Positions 37,775 through 46,092 of a DNA stretch of 64,000 nt are shown here, piece after piece. The notes beneath the pieces were generated by a model. The model saw only the letters and a program-made list of their open reading frames with translations. It had not been told where the DNA came from and did no database searches. The stretch's first letter is position 1, and the number at the start of each line of letters is the position of its first letter. Position numbers and translations under genes: made by a program. The DNA comes from a virus. Location of the stretch: the IMG/VR virus record IMGVR_UViG_3300044977_000123, positions 59,223 through 123,222 of that record; one strand, 5' to 3'.

Positions 37775-38644
37775 ATGTCTCGTCCCCCGATCAAGTTCAG
37801 GGGTGGCCGGCTGCCTGCGCAGCCCGGCCGTCCGCATCTCAAGCTCGGCGCGTACCTCGACCACGATCGTCTGCCCGCTGCCCCGGCTTCGGCGGACTGG
37901 GTGTCGAAGGTCCCCGCGTCGGCGTGGGGAATTCTTGGGAACCAGGAGTGGGGAGACTGTACCTGCGCGGGCGTCGCCCATAAGCGCATCGGCGACGTGT
38001 ACGCCAACCGGGATGAGATCCTGCCGGTCACCACGACCGAGACGCTCGCTCTGTACTCGGCGATCACGGGCTTCAATCCGAACGCCGGCCCGTCGGGTGA
38101 CAACCCAACCGATCAGGGCGCGTCGTGCCAGTCGGTGCTGGAGTTCTGGCACGCGAACGGCTTTCTCGGCGAGAAGATCGTTGCCTTTGCGAAGGTCGAC
38201 CTCAGCAACCTTGCCGAGGTCAAGCAGGCCATCGCGATCTTCGGGCAGTTGTACTGCGGCCTGCAGGTACCGCAGTCCGCCGAGAACCAGACCAACGCGG
38301 GCGAGTCGTGGACGGTCGTGCCCGGTTCGCCGAACCTCGGCGGCCACTGCATGACCATCGGCGCGTACGACGCCAATGGGCCGAGCGGGATCACCTGGGG
38401 CCAGCTGCAGGAGATGACCTGGGAGTTCTTCACCGCCCAGTTCGACGAGTGCTGGGTTCTCGTCACCCCGGACTTCATCGCCGCGAACGGCACCGACGTG
38501 CAGGGCCTGTCGCTGTACCAGCTCGGCGCGGACTGGTCCGCACTGACCGGGCACCCGAACCCCGTGCCGGAGCCGGGCGTTGCACCGCACCACCGGTCGC
38601 TGGCGGACGAGATGCGGGCATGGCTGGAGGCGATGGGCCTGTGA
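37775..38644 (+). CDS. Papain-like (C1-type) cysteine peptidase
   Basis: DW...GNQEWGDCTCAG (Cys), GGHCM (His), ITWG. Confidence 0.8.
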   Translation: MSRPPIKFRGGRLPAQPGRPHLKLGAYLDHDRLPAAPASADWVSKVPASAWGILGNQEWGDCTCAGVAHKRIGDVYANRDEILPVTTTETLALYSAITGFNPNAGPSGDNPTDQGASCQSVLEFWHANGFLGEKIVAFAKVDLSNLAEVKQAIAIFGQLYCGLQVPQSAENQTNAGESWTVVPGSPNLGGHCMTIGAYDANGPSGITWGQLQEMTWEFFTAQFDECWVLVTPDFIAANGTDVQGLSLYQLGADWSALTGHPNPVPEPGVAPHHRSLADEMRAWLEAMGL

Positions 38645-38647
38645 CAC

Positions 38648-39322
38648 CTACGCCGCTGCCGCCCTGCCTTGTCGCCACCGAAGGTGATAGCACGCGCGAC
38701 AAAGGCCGAGAGCATGGTGTTTCAGATCTGGATGACAGTCGGCCATGCGGCGCGGATAGGAACGGAATGCTCCGCCATGTGCATCGCAGTGGTCCTGCGG
38801 CGTGAGAGCTAGCTGGAGGTTTTCAAGGCGATTGTCCGTCTTGATCCCATTGCGGTGATGTATCTGTGCACCCGCCGGAATCTCGCCGTTCGCCTTCGCC
38901 CAGAGGTAACGATGCTCCAGCAGGTCGCGGCCGTCTGGGAATCGAAGGTAGACGTACCCGTTCGCCCCGACCTTCCGAACAATGCTCGTTCGGCGCTGCA
39001 GTTGGTTCTTATAGCGGTGAAAGCACTTTCGGGAGCAGAACTTCACCCGTGTACGACGGTTCAGGAACTCGACCCCGCAGACGACACAGTCTCTTGGAGT
39101 TCCTATCGACCGCACCTTGCCGTGCAGGGGATGCGCAGGCCCGCTGACGTAGCGGACGCATCCCTTCGAGCAGTACTTGCCATTTCCCTTGATGAGAACT
39201 GACGGCTTCACATGGAAACGCTTGCCGCAGGTCTCGCAGGTTGCATTATCCACCGCCGCAGGACGGGAGCCCATCCGTGACCAAGAGCGTGCCTGCCCAT
39301 CGGCAGAAAGTTTCGCACTCAT
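38648..39322 (-). CDS. HNH homing endonuclease with Zn-finger (CxxC...CSxxC) repeats
   Basis: EHRYLW...IHHRNGIKTDNRLENL; lower GC; antisense within the late operon; start 39322 (or 39274). Confidence 0.85.
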   Translation of the reverse strand: MSAKLSADGQARSWSRMGSRPAAVDNATCETCGKRFHVKPSVLIKGNGKYCSKGCVRYVSGPAHPLHGKVRSIGTPRDCVVCGVEFLNRRTRVKFCSRKCFHRYKNQLQRRTSIVRKVGANGYVYLRFPDGRDLLEHRYLWAKANGEIPAGAQIHHRNGIKTDNRLENLQLALTPQDHCDAHGGAFRSYPRRMADCHPDLKHHALGLCRACYHLRWRQGRAAAA

Positions 39323-39711
39323 ATTCCCTATATTACCCGCCTCACCCGGCCCGCGAGGACGATCCGCACTATCGCGACTTCGAGCACTTCCGCAGGGCAA
39401 CAAAGGAGACCGCACAGTGCGCCATTGGCGCACATAGGCAGGACTTTTCCGAGTGCTCCCTAGAGGAGCCCCTAGAGCTCCATCATGCACACGTGGAATT
39501 CAGCCTGCAGAACGGCGTGGATCTGACCTGGCTGGAGCAGGATTATCCGGGGATATCCAATCCTGACGAGGTCGGCTCCTGGGTGGAGAGTGCCCAGAAT
39601 CTCCAGTGGCTCTGCCTTCGCCACCACCGTGGCCTCGACGGCGTACATAAGCTCTCCGCCTCGGACTTCGAGGCCATGAAGTACGTCAGGGGGCTGATCG
39701 CCGATGCCTGA
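39277..39711 (+). CDS. HNH-like His/Cys protein
   Basis: CAIG...C...LELHH...NLQWLCLRHHR...GVH. Confidence 0.7.
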   Translation: MTKSVPAHRQKVSHSYSLYYPPHPAREDDPHYRDFEHFRRATKETAQCAIGAHRQDFSECSLEEPLELHHAHVEFSLQNGVDLTWLEQDYPGISNPDEVGSWVESAQNLQWLCLRHHRGLDGVHKLSASDFEAMKYVRGLIADA

Positions 39712-39991
39712 CCCGGACCTCTACCGCGAGCGCGCCCATCTGGTCGCGCATCTTGCCGCGGTGTACCCGTCGGCGATCGGCGTGGATCCGTCGGAGCCGG
39801 ACTGGCCGGTGGTGTACATCTCGACGGAGGCGGGCCAGTTGAGTTGGCATATAGCCCCGGCCGACCTGCCGCTGTTCTCCCACGTCCCGCGCTCTGCTGA
39901 CGCGAAGTGGGATGGCCATTCGACCGAGCTGAAGTATCAGCGGCTGGACCGGCTGACCCGCACCATCGCAGCGAGAGGAGCGACGCCATGA
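39704..39991 (+). CDS. WDGH domain protein
   Basis: LYRER...GQLSWHI...WDGHST. Confidence 0.8.
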   Translation: MPDPDLYRERAHLVAHLAAVYPSAIGVDPSEPDWPVVYISTEAGQLSWHIAPADLPLFSHVPRSADAKWDGHSTELKYQRLDRLTRTIAARGATP

Positions 39992-40734
39992 GGCAGATGT
40001 TCGACTCGATCGACGCCTCGCAGATCCCGGCCGACGCGCAGATGGTCGCCGGCTACGTGAACGGCATCTATGCCTGGTCAGCTGCGGACTGGGCGCGGTT
40101 CCCGCATGCGGTGCACGTCACGGTGACGGTGAACGCGGGCGGCTCGGCGGACGTCCTGGACGTCGAGAACGGTGACGCGAGTCCGGCCGAGGCGCCGGGG
40201 TGGATTGCGGCGCATCCGAACGGCTCGATCTACTGCGACTCGTCGACGTGGCCCGCGGTGAGGGCGGCGTTCGGCTCCCGTCCGCTGCCGCCGTTCTGGA
40301 TCGCCAACTACAACGGTGACGCCTCGTCGATCCCGGCGGGCGCGGTGGCTGCCCAGTATGAGGACGCTGGCCCGTACGACCTGTCCGTCGTTGCTGACTA
40401 CTGGCCGGGCGTTGACCCGGCACCTTCTCCCTCGCCGCCGCCTGTTCCTTCGGAGGACATTGTGACCCCTGCAGATGCTCAGTTGTTCGTGTCGACGCTG
40501 ATGGCGACGAAGGTCGCGGAGGCGGGTGACCCGGCCCCGAATACGAGGACGGTGCTGGAGCTGTTCGCGTACCTGGACCAGCACTACCACGTCCTCGCGC
40601 AGCAGAACACAGCCCTGGCCGCGCAGGTGACTGCCTTGTCGGCGGCGCTGGCTGCGGTCGCGAAGGGCGAGACTGCGGTGGTGGAGGCGGCGGTGACGGC
40701 CGCGCTGAAGGCGGCCGGGCACGCGGCGGCGTAG
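39988..40734 (+). CDS. Endolysin, GH25-like glycoside hydrolase
   Basis: MFDS...AGY..G...LDVENGDA...IYC...WIANY...QY...DLS; Pro linker; amphipathic C-terminus. Confidence 0.75.
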   Translation: MRQMFDSIDASQIPADAQMVAGYVNGIYAWSAADWARFPHAVHVTVTVNAGGSADVLDVENGDASPAEAPGWIAAHPNGSIYCDSSTWPAVRAAFGSRPLPPFWIANYNGDASSIPAGAVAAQYEDAGPYDLSVVADYWPGVDPAPSPSPPPVPSEDIVTPADAQLFVSTLMATKVAEAGDPAPNTRTVLELFAYLDQHYHVLAQQNTALAAQVTALSAALAAVAKGETAVVEAAVTAALKAAGHAAA

Positions 40735-40744
40735 CCTGTTCCTG

Positions 40745-41345
40745 GGTGAGCTAGCCCACCGCGTGGACGCAGCGCCTTGGCCGGGCATGCTGCGGGTGCA
40801 GCCTCCAAGCGACCTGTCCGGTTTCCGCGCGCCGGAGTGGTCTTTCCCGTCACCGGATCCGGGGGTCGATGCCTCCCCGTGGCGCGAGCAGGTGGCCCGT
40901 CGTCTTCGGACGGCGGGCTGCGCTGTCTGCGACGTAGTCTGTTCCTGTCCGGCGGGACGAGGCAGATCACCTTGGCGCGCGAACGCTGGGCATGGTCTGC
41001 CGGGATCGTCGGGACCAGGCGACTGGACCCGCCGCCTTCGTGGCGGTTGTGGCACCCGGAGACTGTGAGCGCTCGGGCCGTCGCCTCTTCGGAGGCGGCG
41101 GCCCGTTCTGCTGTTTCTGCTGGTCGCCCAGCCTGCTGATCTGCGTAACCTGGCCCAGTCCTGCTGCCAATAGATGCGTCCGCGTCCCAGTTCACCGCTT
41201 CGGCTGGCCGTGACTGCTCGCGCCCTCGTAGGCTGGCGCTACTTCCTTCGGGCTGTGGGCACTGACTCCGTCCTGCACGTCGCGGTCGCCTGTTGGCGCA
41301 GGCCCGCATTGCCCCGTTCCTGCTTCGGCAGGGGCGGGGCCTTCT
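40745..41345 (+). ncRNA. Candidate large structured ncRNA (~550-600 nt), class unknown
   Basis: No credible ORF; five CTTCGG loops; long-range helices, e.g. 40881-40891/41214-41224 (perfect 11 bp); ends in terminator hairpin. Confidence 0.65.
41311..41345 (+). terminator. Terminator at end of late operon/ncRNA
   Basis: GCCCCGTTCCTGC-TTCG-GCAGGGGCGGGGC then CTTCT; between convergent units. Confidence 0.75.
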
Positions 41346-41346
41346 G

Positions 41347-41772
41347 TCATGCCTGGATGGCGCCGTGGTCCAAAGCTCCAGGCGTTCGCTCGTCCTGCGC
41401 GTTCCACGTGTTGCACCACAGGCACGCCCAGGCCAGGTTGGCGGGTGCGTTGCGGGCGTCTCCGGCCTGCTGGTCGACGTGTTCCAGGCTGCCTATTCTG
41501 CGGCCTACTGGTGCCCATGGTGCCGGACCTCCGGTGGCAGGGTTGGATGGGCGTCCTTCGACGGCTAGTGATCCGCAGTAGCAGCAGCGGCCTTTGGCTG
41601 CGGACATGATGGCCCAGACTTGGTCGGCGCTGACGCGGCCACCTCCTCGCCCTGGGCGCCCGGGGTAGCGGTTGGCGACCTTGGCTTTGCGGGCGCACCA
41701 TGCGAGGCGCTCGGTCTCGGTGGTGCGGCCGAGGTATTCGTCCCAGGTCATGTAGGCGGGCGTGGGCAGCAT
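41347..41772 (-). CDS. HNH endonuclease-like protein
   Basis: CCYCG...SLEHV...NAPANLAWACLWCN. Confidence 0.75.
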   Translation of the reverse strand: MLPTPAYMTWDEYLGRTTETERLAWCARKAKVANRYPGRPGRGGGRVSADQVWAIMSAAKGRCCYCGSLAVEGRPSNPATGGPAPWAPVGRRIGSLEHVDQQAGDARNAPANLAWACLWCNTWNAQDERTPGALDHGAIQA

Positions 41773-41858
41773 GAATGCATTGTGGCCGTCGGCCTGAAGC
41801 TCTGTCTGCTACTTGCCCCCGGCTCCGGCCGGGTGGGGGCGCTTCTTTGCGTTCCGGA

Positions 41859-42287
41859 TCAGCTCGCAGGCTTCCCGCCCCACCCTTCGGCCCCGGCTTC
41901 CCGCTTGAGCGCCTCGTGCAGCACTTTCCACCCGCCGGACTTCAGTGCTTCGGCGACGGCGGGGTGGGCCCACAGTGCTTTCTGTGCGGCGTTCCGTTCT
42001 TCTTGGAGCCGCTCCAGCTCTGCCCGTTCCTCGGGGCTCCACTCGTTCCGGAGCGCGGCTTGCTCCTCATCCCAGGCGGGGAGGCCGCGCACGATCGGGT
42101 CGGGGTACTGCTGGGCTCGCTGGTCGCGCACCTGGTCGTGGTAGGCGGTGACGGCGCTCTGCGCGGCCTCGTAGGCGCGCTGCAGGTCGATCAGATCAGC
42201 GGAAAGTTCAAGGTCATCGGGCACGCGCGCGAGCCTAGAGCACAGGTCTGACACTGACGGTGCAGGCGCGGCGGTACCGCTGCTCAC
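41859..42287 (-). CDS. Helical hypothetical protein (start uncertain)
   Basis: DLIDLQRA...WSPEERAELERL...ALWAHP; coupled to Ku. Confidence 0.6.
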   Translation of the reverse strand: MSSGTAAPAPSVSDLCSRLARVPDDLELSADLIDLQRAYEAAQSAVTAYHDQVRDQRAQQYPDPIVRGLPAWDEEQAALRNEWSPEERAELERLQEERNAAQKALWAHPAVAEALKSGGWKVLHEALKREAGAEGWGGKPAS

Positions 42288-43288
42288 GCCGCCGACGTCC
42301 GCCGCTTCCCGCTGCCGACGAGCGCCTCGACGAGCTGCTCGCGGCTCATCTTCGACCGCCCCGGCACACCCGCCTCGGCCGCCTTCTCGTAGAGCTCGTG
42401 CTTGCTCAGCTGCTCGAGCTCGTCCCGTGTCGGCCCGCTGCGAATCGGCTGCACGACGACGTCCTGGCGGTCGGCGCCCTTGTCGGCCGGCACGTCTCCG
42501 GCGGTGCTGCGCTTCTGTTCGCCGAGGCTGCGCTGCAGTGCGGACATCAGGTCGAGCACGTTGGTGCTGTCCGGCGGCCCCTCGGCGCCGACGATCTCGC
42601 CGCCGGTCCGCTTGGCGTCGATGAGCTGCTGCACTCGGTCGCGGAACCCGTCCTGGTAGTCCTCGGGCTTCCAGCCGGTGGCGAGCATGTCGATGAGTTG
42701 CCGTGCCGCCTCGAGCTGGAGCGGGTCGACGGGGGCCAGTTCGGGCAGGTCGGGCAGTTCCTCGGCGGGGTCGCGGACCTCGTCGGCATAGTGGAGGGTG
42801 TGCAGCTCGAGGATGCCGTTCGCCGGCCTGATCGCCGCGAGGTATTCCTTGCCGCGCATCACGAACGAGGCGATCCCGACGCGCCCGGACTCCTCCATGG
42901 CCTCGAGCAGGAGCGCGTATGCCGCAGCGAACTCCTCGCCTTTCGGAGCCAGGTAGTAGCTGCTGTCGTAGTAGATCGGGTCTACCTCAGTGATGTCGAC
43001 GAACGCCGAGACTGTGATCGCCTTGGACTTGCCGGGCGCGATGTCGTCGAGCTCGCTGGGGTCGATGACGACGTACTGCTCGTCGCCGAGGTCGTAGCCC
43101 TTGACGATGTCCTGGAACGCGACTTCTTCGCCGGTGCGCTCGTTGACGCGCCGGTTCCGGACCCGGTCGCTGGTGCCGCGCTGGATCTGCCGGAACTGCA
43201 CGCCGTGGGACTCGGTGGCCGCGTACAGGGCGACGGGTACCGTGACCAGGCCGAAGGTCAAGACTCCGGTCCAGATGGGTCGGGCCAT
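42284..43288 (-). CDS. ku: Ku NHEJ DNA end-binding protein with C-terminal Rho-N-like domain
   Basis: MARPIWTGVLTFGLVTVPVALY, IVKGYD, YYDSSYYLAP, VLDLMSALQRSL; GRSKMSREQL. Confidence 0.95.
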   Translation of the reverse strand: MARPIWTGVLTFGLVTVPVALYAATESHGVQFRQIQRGTSDRVRNRRVNERTGEEVAFQDIVKGYDLGDEQYVVIDPSELDDIAPGKSKAITVSAFVDITEVDPIYYDSSYYLAPKGEEFAAAYALLLEAMEESGRVGIASFVMRGKEYLAAIRPANGILELHTLHYADEVRDPAEELPDLPELAPVDPLQLEAARQLIDMLATGWKPEDYQDGFRDRVQQLIDAKRTGGEIVGAEGPPDSTNVLDLMSALQRSLGEQKRSTAGDVPADKGADRQDVVVQPIRSGPTRDELEQLSKHELYEKAAEAGVPGRSKMSREQLVEALVGSGKRRTSAA

Positions 43289-43374
43289 CGTCGCCTCCCT
43301 GCCGCCGGTCTCACCAGCATGCGGGAGGCCCGGCATGATCACATCTGGGGCGCGGGCCTCCCGGCGCAGAGGCC

Positions 43375-43983
43375 CTACTGCCCGACGGCCGCGATCGGCG
43401 GGTTCTCCAGTCGCCGCGCTATCACCCATTCCTCGTCGCCCCGGCGGCACACGATCCGCAGCCTAATCGGCTGGCCGGCGTAGTTCTCCTGCCACCTGTC
43501 GCGGGTCGTGCCCTCCATCCAGAATCCGGGCATGGTTCGCTCCATCGACAGCGGCCTGCCTCTGCCGACCTGAATGTGGAACGGCCCGACGGTGCGCCCG
43601 TTGGCGTCGCCCTGGTTGCCGCTCGGGGTGAAGCGGAACGGGCCCCAGACGTGGGCGTCGATCTTTTCCTGTGTGAGACCGGGCTCCGGGGTGCGGAGGG
43701 TGTGGTCCATGTCGTCGTCCTCGACGGTGAGGGTGACCTCGTCGAGGTGGCCGAGGATGTCGGGGCCGTTGAGGTAGATGTGGACCTTTGCCTGGCTGAG
43801 TCCTTCGCGCAGGTCGATGTCGAACTGGGGTGTGAGGTCGGCGTGCCACCGGTCGCGTTCGATCTTCGCCATTGAGTCGGCGGTGGCGTTCGAGCGGCGG
43901 GCAGCCATCCATGCGCCGCCGGTCGCGGTCGCAGCGAGGAACGTTGAGACGGCGGTCAGGGCGTCAGCCCAGGTGGTGGTCAT
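43375..43983 (-). CDS. N-terminally anchored membrane protein (moron-like)
   Basis: Hydrophobic N-terminus then ARRSNATA...ERDRWH...P. Confidence 0.65.
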   Translation of the reverse strand: MTTTWADALTAVSTFLAATATGGAWMAARRSNATADSMAKIERDRWHADLTPQFDIDLREGLSQAKVHIYLNGPDILGHLDEVTLTVEDDDMDHTLRTPEPGLTQEKIDAHVWGPFRFTPSGNQGDANGRTVGPFHIQVGRGRPLSMERTMPGFWMEGTTRDRWQENYAGQPIRLRIVCRRGDEEWVIARRLENPPIAAVGQ

Positions 43984-44005
43984 GGCGGGACGATAGCGGG
44001 AGCGG

Positions 44006-44173
44006 TCACGCCGCAACGGGTTCGGGTTCGTCCTCGGCCTCGCGGGCGGCGTTGAATGCCTTGAGCCGCCGGTTGTACTCGGCGCGCTGCTCCGGCGTCC
44101 AGTCCGCCGGGTAGCGGGGCAGGCCGAGGACGAAGGACCGCACGGGGTCGTCGGCGGCGTCGTCGTAGCGCAT
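44006..44173 (-). CDS. Small hypothetical protein
   Basis: MRYDDAADDPVRSFVLGLPRYPADWTPEQRAEYNRRL; divergent from the XRE-TPR gene. Confidence 0.55.
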   Translation of the reverse strand: MRYDDAADDPVRSFVLGLPRYPADWTPEQRAEYNRRLKAFNAAREAEDEPEPVAA

Positions 44174-44386
44174 GAATCCATGATCTCAGACCGCACCGAC
44201 ACGACGTGACCACCTCACACCCGCTGCCCGCGTCCTTGGCCTGCCGCGAGACACGGGCAGGAGGGACTGGAGTGCCGAACGCGCGACCGCCCTCACAGCC
44301 TTAACGGGCTGGTGAGGGCGATTGCGTGTCCCGACTGTCACCAGACGGGTACCGTTCATGATGACGAGTCAAGAACGGAGTCCAGT

Positions 44387-45577
44387 ATGCCCGTGACCGA
44401 GCCCGAAAGCACCCGCGAGCGCATTGCGCGCTACCGCAAACTGCGCGGCTTCACCCAGGAGGGCCTCGCCACACGGGCGTCGATCTCCTACAGCCACGAG
44501 CGGAAGATCGAGAGCGGCGAGAAGTCGCCGTCCGCGTCCGTCATCGCGTCCCTCGCCCGCGCCCTGTCCGTATCCGTCGTCGACCTCGTCGGGCAGCCGT
44601 ACCTGCAGGACCTGCAGGCCGACCAGCTCGACGGCCTGATCCACCCGATCCGCGAGGCCCTCGACGTCTACGACCTCGGCGCGGACCCCGAAATCGCCCC
44701 CCGGCCGCTGGTGGAACTGTCCGCCGAAGCGACCCGCATGTGCGCCCTGGTCCGCGCCACGGACCTGCGGAGCGTCGCAACGGAGCTGCCCGGCCTCATC
44801 CAGGAGATGACGACGGCAGTGCACCTCGCGCCGTCCGACCGGGCCTGGTCGGAACTGGCGTCGCTCTACCGGACCGCGTACGACGTCGCAACGAAGCTCG
44901 GGTTCTCCGACCTGTCCGCGCTCGCCCTGGACCGCATGGACTGGGCTGCGCAGCGCGGCTCCGACCCGATAGTGGCTGGCATCCGCCAGTACCTGCGGGC
45001 GCTGGCCTATCTGCGGTCGGGCGAGTACCGGACCGGGCGGCGTCTGGTCGTCGTCGGCCAGCAGACGATTGCTCTCGCCGACCCCGGGCGGGTGCGGGAC
45101 GTCGTCACCGGGCAACTGAATCTCGGTGCTGCCGTGCTGGCGGCGCGGGCGAAGGACAGCGAAGCGGCCGAGGCGCACCTCAACGAGGCCCAGCGGTACG
45201 CGGAGAGCACCGGGGAGGCCGCGCAGGTCCACTGGCTGTCGTTCGGCCCGTTCAATGTGGCTGCGCACCGGGTGTCGTCGCTCATTGACCAGGACCAGTA
45301 CGCGCAGGCGCTGGCGGTAGCGAAGGCCACGCCGATGCCGGAGAACTGGCCGGCGTCGCGTGCGGCGCACCACTGGGCCGAGGTCGCTCGGGCGTTGATG
45401 TGGACTGGGCGTCCGGAGGAGGCGACGGTGCGGTTGCAGAAGGTCCGGCAGGTTGCGCCTCAGCAGGGCAAGTACTCGGTGCAGGTGCGGCAGACGGTGA
45501 CGGATCTGCTGGCGTCGCGGCGTACGGCCCCGGAGTCGGTGACGCAGTTGGCGAGCTGGGTCGGCATCAACCGGTAG
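44387..45577 (+). CDS. XRE-family HTH regulator with TPR-like helical C-terminal domain
   Basis: RIARYRKLRGFTQEGLA...KIESGEKSPS; long helical domain with FGPFNVAAHRV. Confidence 0.85.
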   Translation: MPVTEPESTRERIARYRKLRGFTQEGLATRASISYSHERKIESGEKSPSASVIASLARALSVSVVDLVGQPYLQDLQADQLDGLIHPIREALDVYDLGADPEIAPRPLVELSAEATRMCALVRATDLRSVATELPGLIQEMTTAVHLAPSDRAWSELASLYRTAYDVATKLGFSDLSALALDRMDWAAQRGSDPIVAGIRQYLRALAYLRSGEYRTGRRLVVVGQQTIALADPGRVRDVVTGQLNLGAAVLAARAKDSEAAEAHLNEAQRYAESTGEAAQVHWLSFGPFNVAAHRVSSLIDQDQYAQALAVAKATPMPENWPASRAAHHWAEVARALMWTGRPEEATVRLQKVRQVAPQQGKYSVQVRQTVTDLLASRRTAPESVTQLASWVGINR

Positions 45578-45678
45578 TGACTGCAAGGGTGTTCGATTAA
45601 CTGCCACCGAGGAGTGGCAGTTGGCCTTGCGTGTTCAGGCCACCCTGTGACTGTAGCCAGCAGTCACAGGGAGATGGC

Positions 45679-46092
45679 ATGGAACACCTCACGCTCGGCG
45701 GGCCGCCGTGGATGCCGCCTGTCGGTACGATCGCAGTCTTACCGACCGCCGAGTGGTGGGATGCCGTTGTCGTCCCGCAGGTGCGCGGCCTGGACGCAGT
45801 CGAGATCCTCGACCACCAGACCGACCGCGCGCCGGGCCCCATCCTGTGGGAACCCCTGGCGCTGATGCCGCGCATCTACTTCCTTGTCCCCGTCGGTACG
45901 GCCGATGCGTGGGACGTGCCAGGAACGAGCGCTCTCGGGGCGGCGTGCTTCATCGGCGTGCCGGGGCCGACGACTCTGGAGCCGCCGAGCATCCACTGGC
46001 TCGTGCCGCCCGACCCGGACGACCCCGAGGGCCTGGTGGACGCTGATGCGCTCCGTGCGGCGCTCCTGGCGGTCCCGGAGGACCCGTCATGA
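45679..46092 (+). CDS. Prim-pol-like small protein (paralog 1); contains TTA codon
   Basis: WWDAVVV...GPI...YFLVPVGTA..W..PGT..LG...HWLVPP; TTA at 45739-45741. Confidence 0.7.
   Translation: MEHLTLGGPPWMPPVGTIAVLPTAEWWDAVVVPQVRGLDAVEILDHQTDRAPGPILWEPLALMPRIYFLVPVGTADAWDVPGTSALGAACFIGVPGPTTLEPPSIHWLVPPDPDDPEGLVDADALRAALLAVPEDPS

Noticed and set aside
40763-41309. Small ORFs in the post-endolysin gap; also RNase P, tmRNA or self-splicing intron identity
   Set aside because: The ORFs lack an RBS, codon bias and motifs; signature sequences of those RNA classes were not seen.
44387-45678. Complete arbitrium-like system
   Set aside because: No signal-peptide pro-peptide ORF found next to the XRE-TPR gene; kept only as a weak finding.
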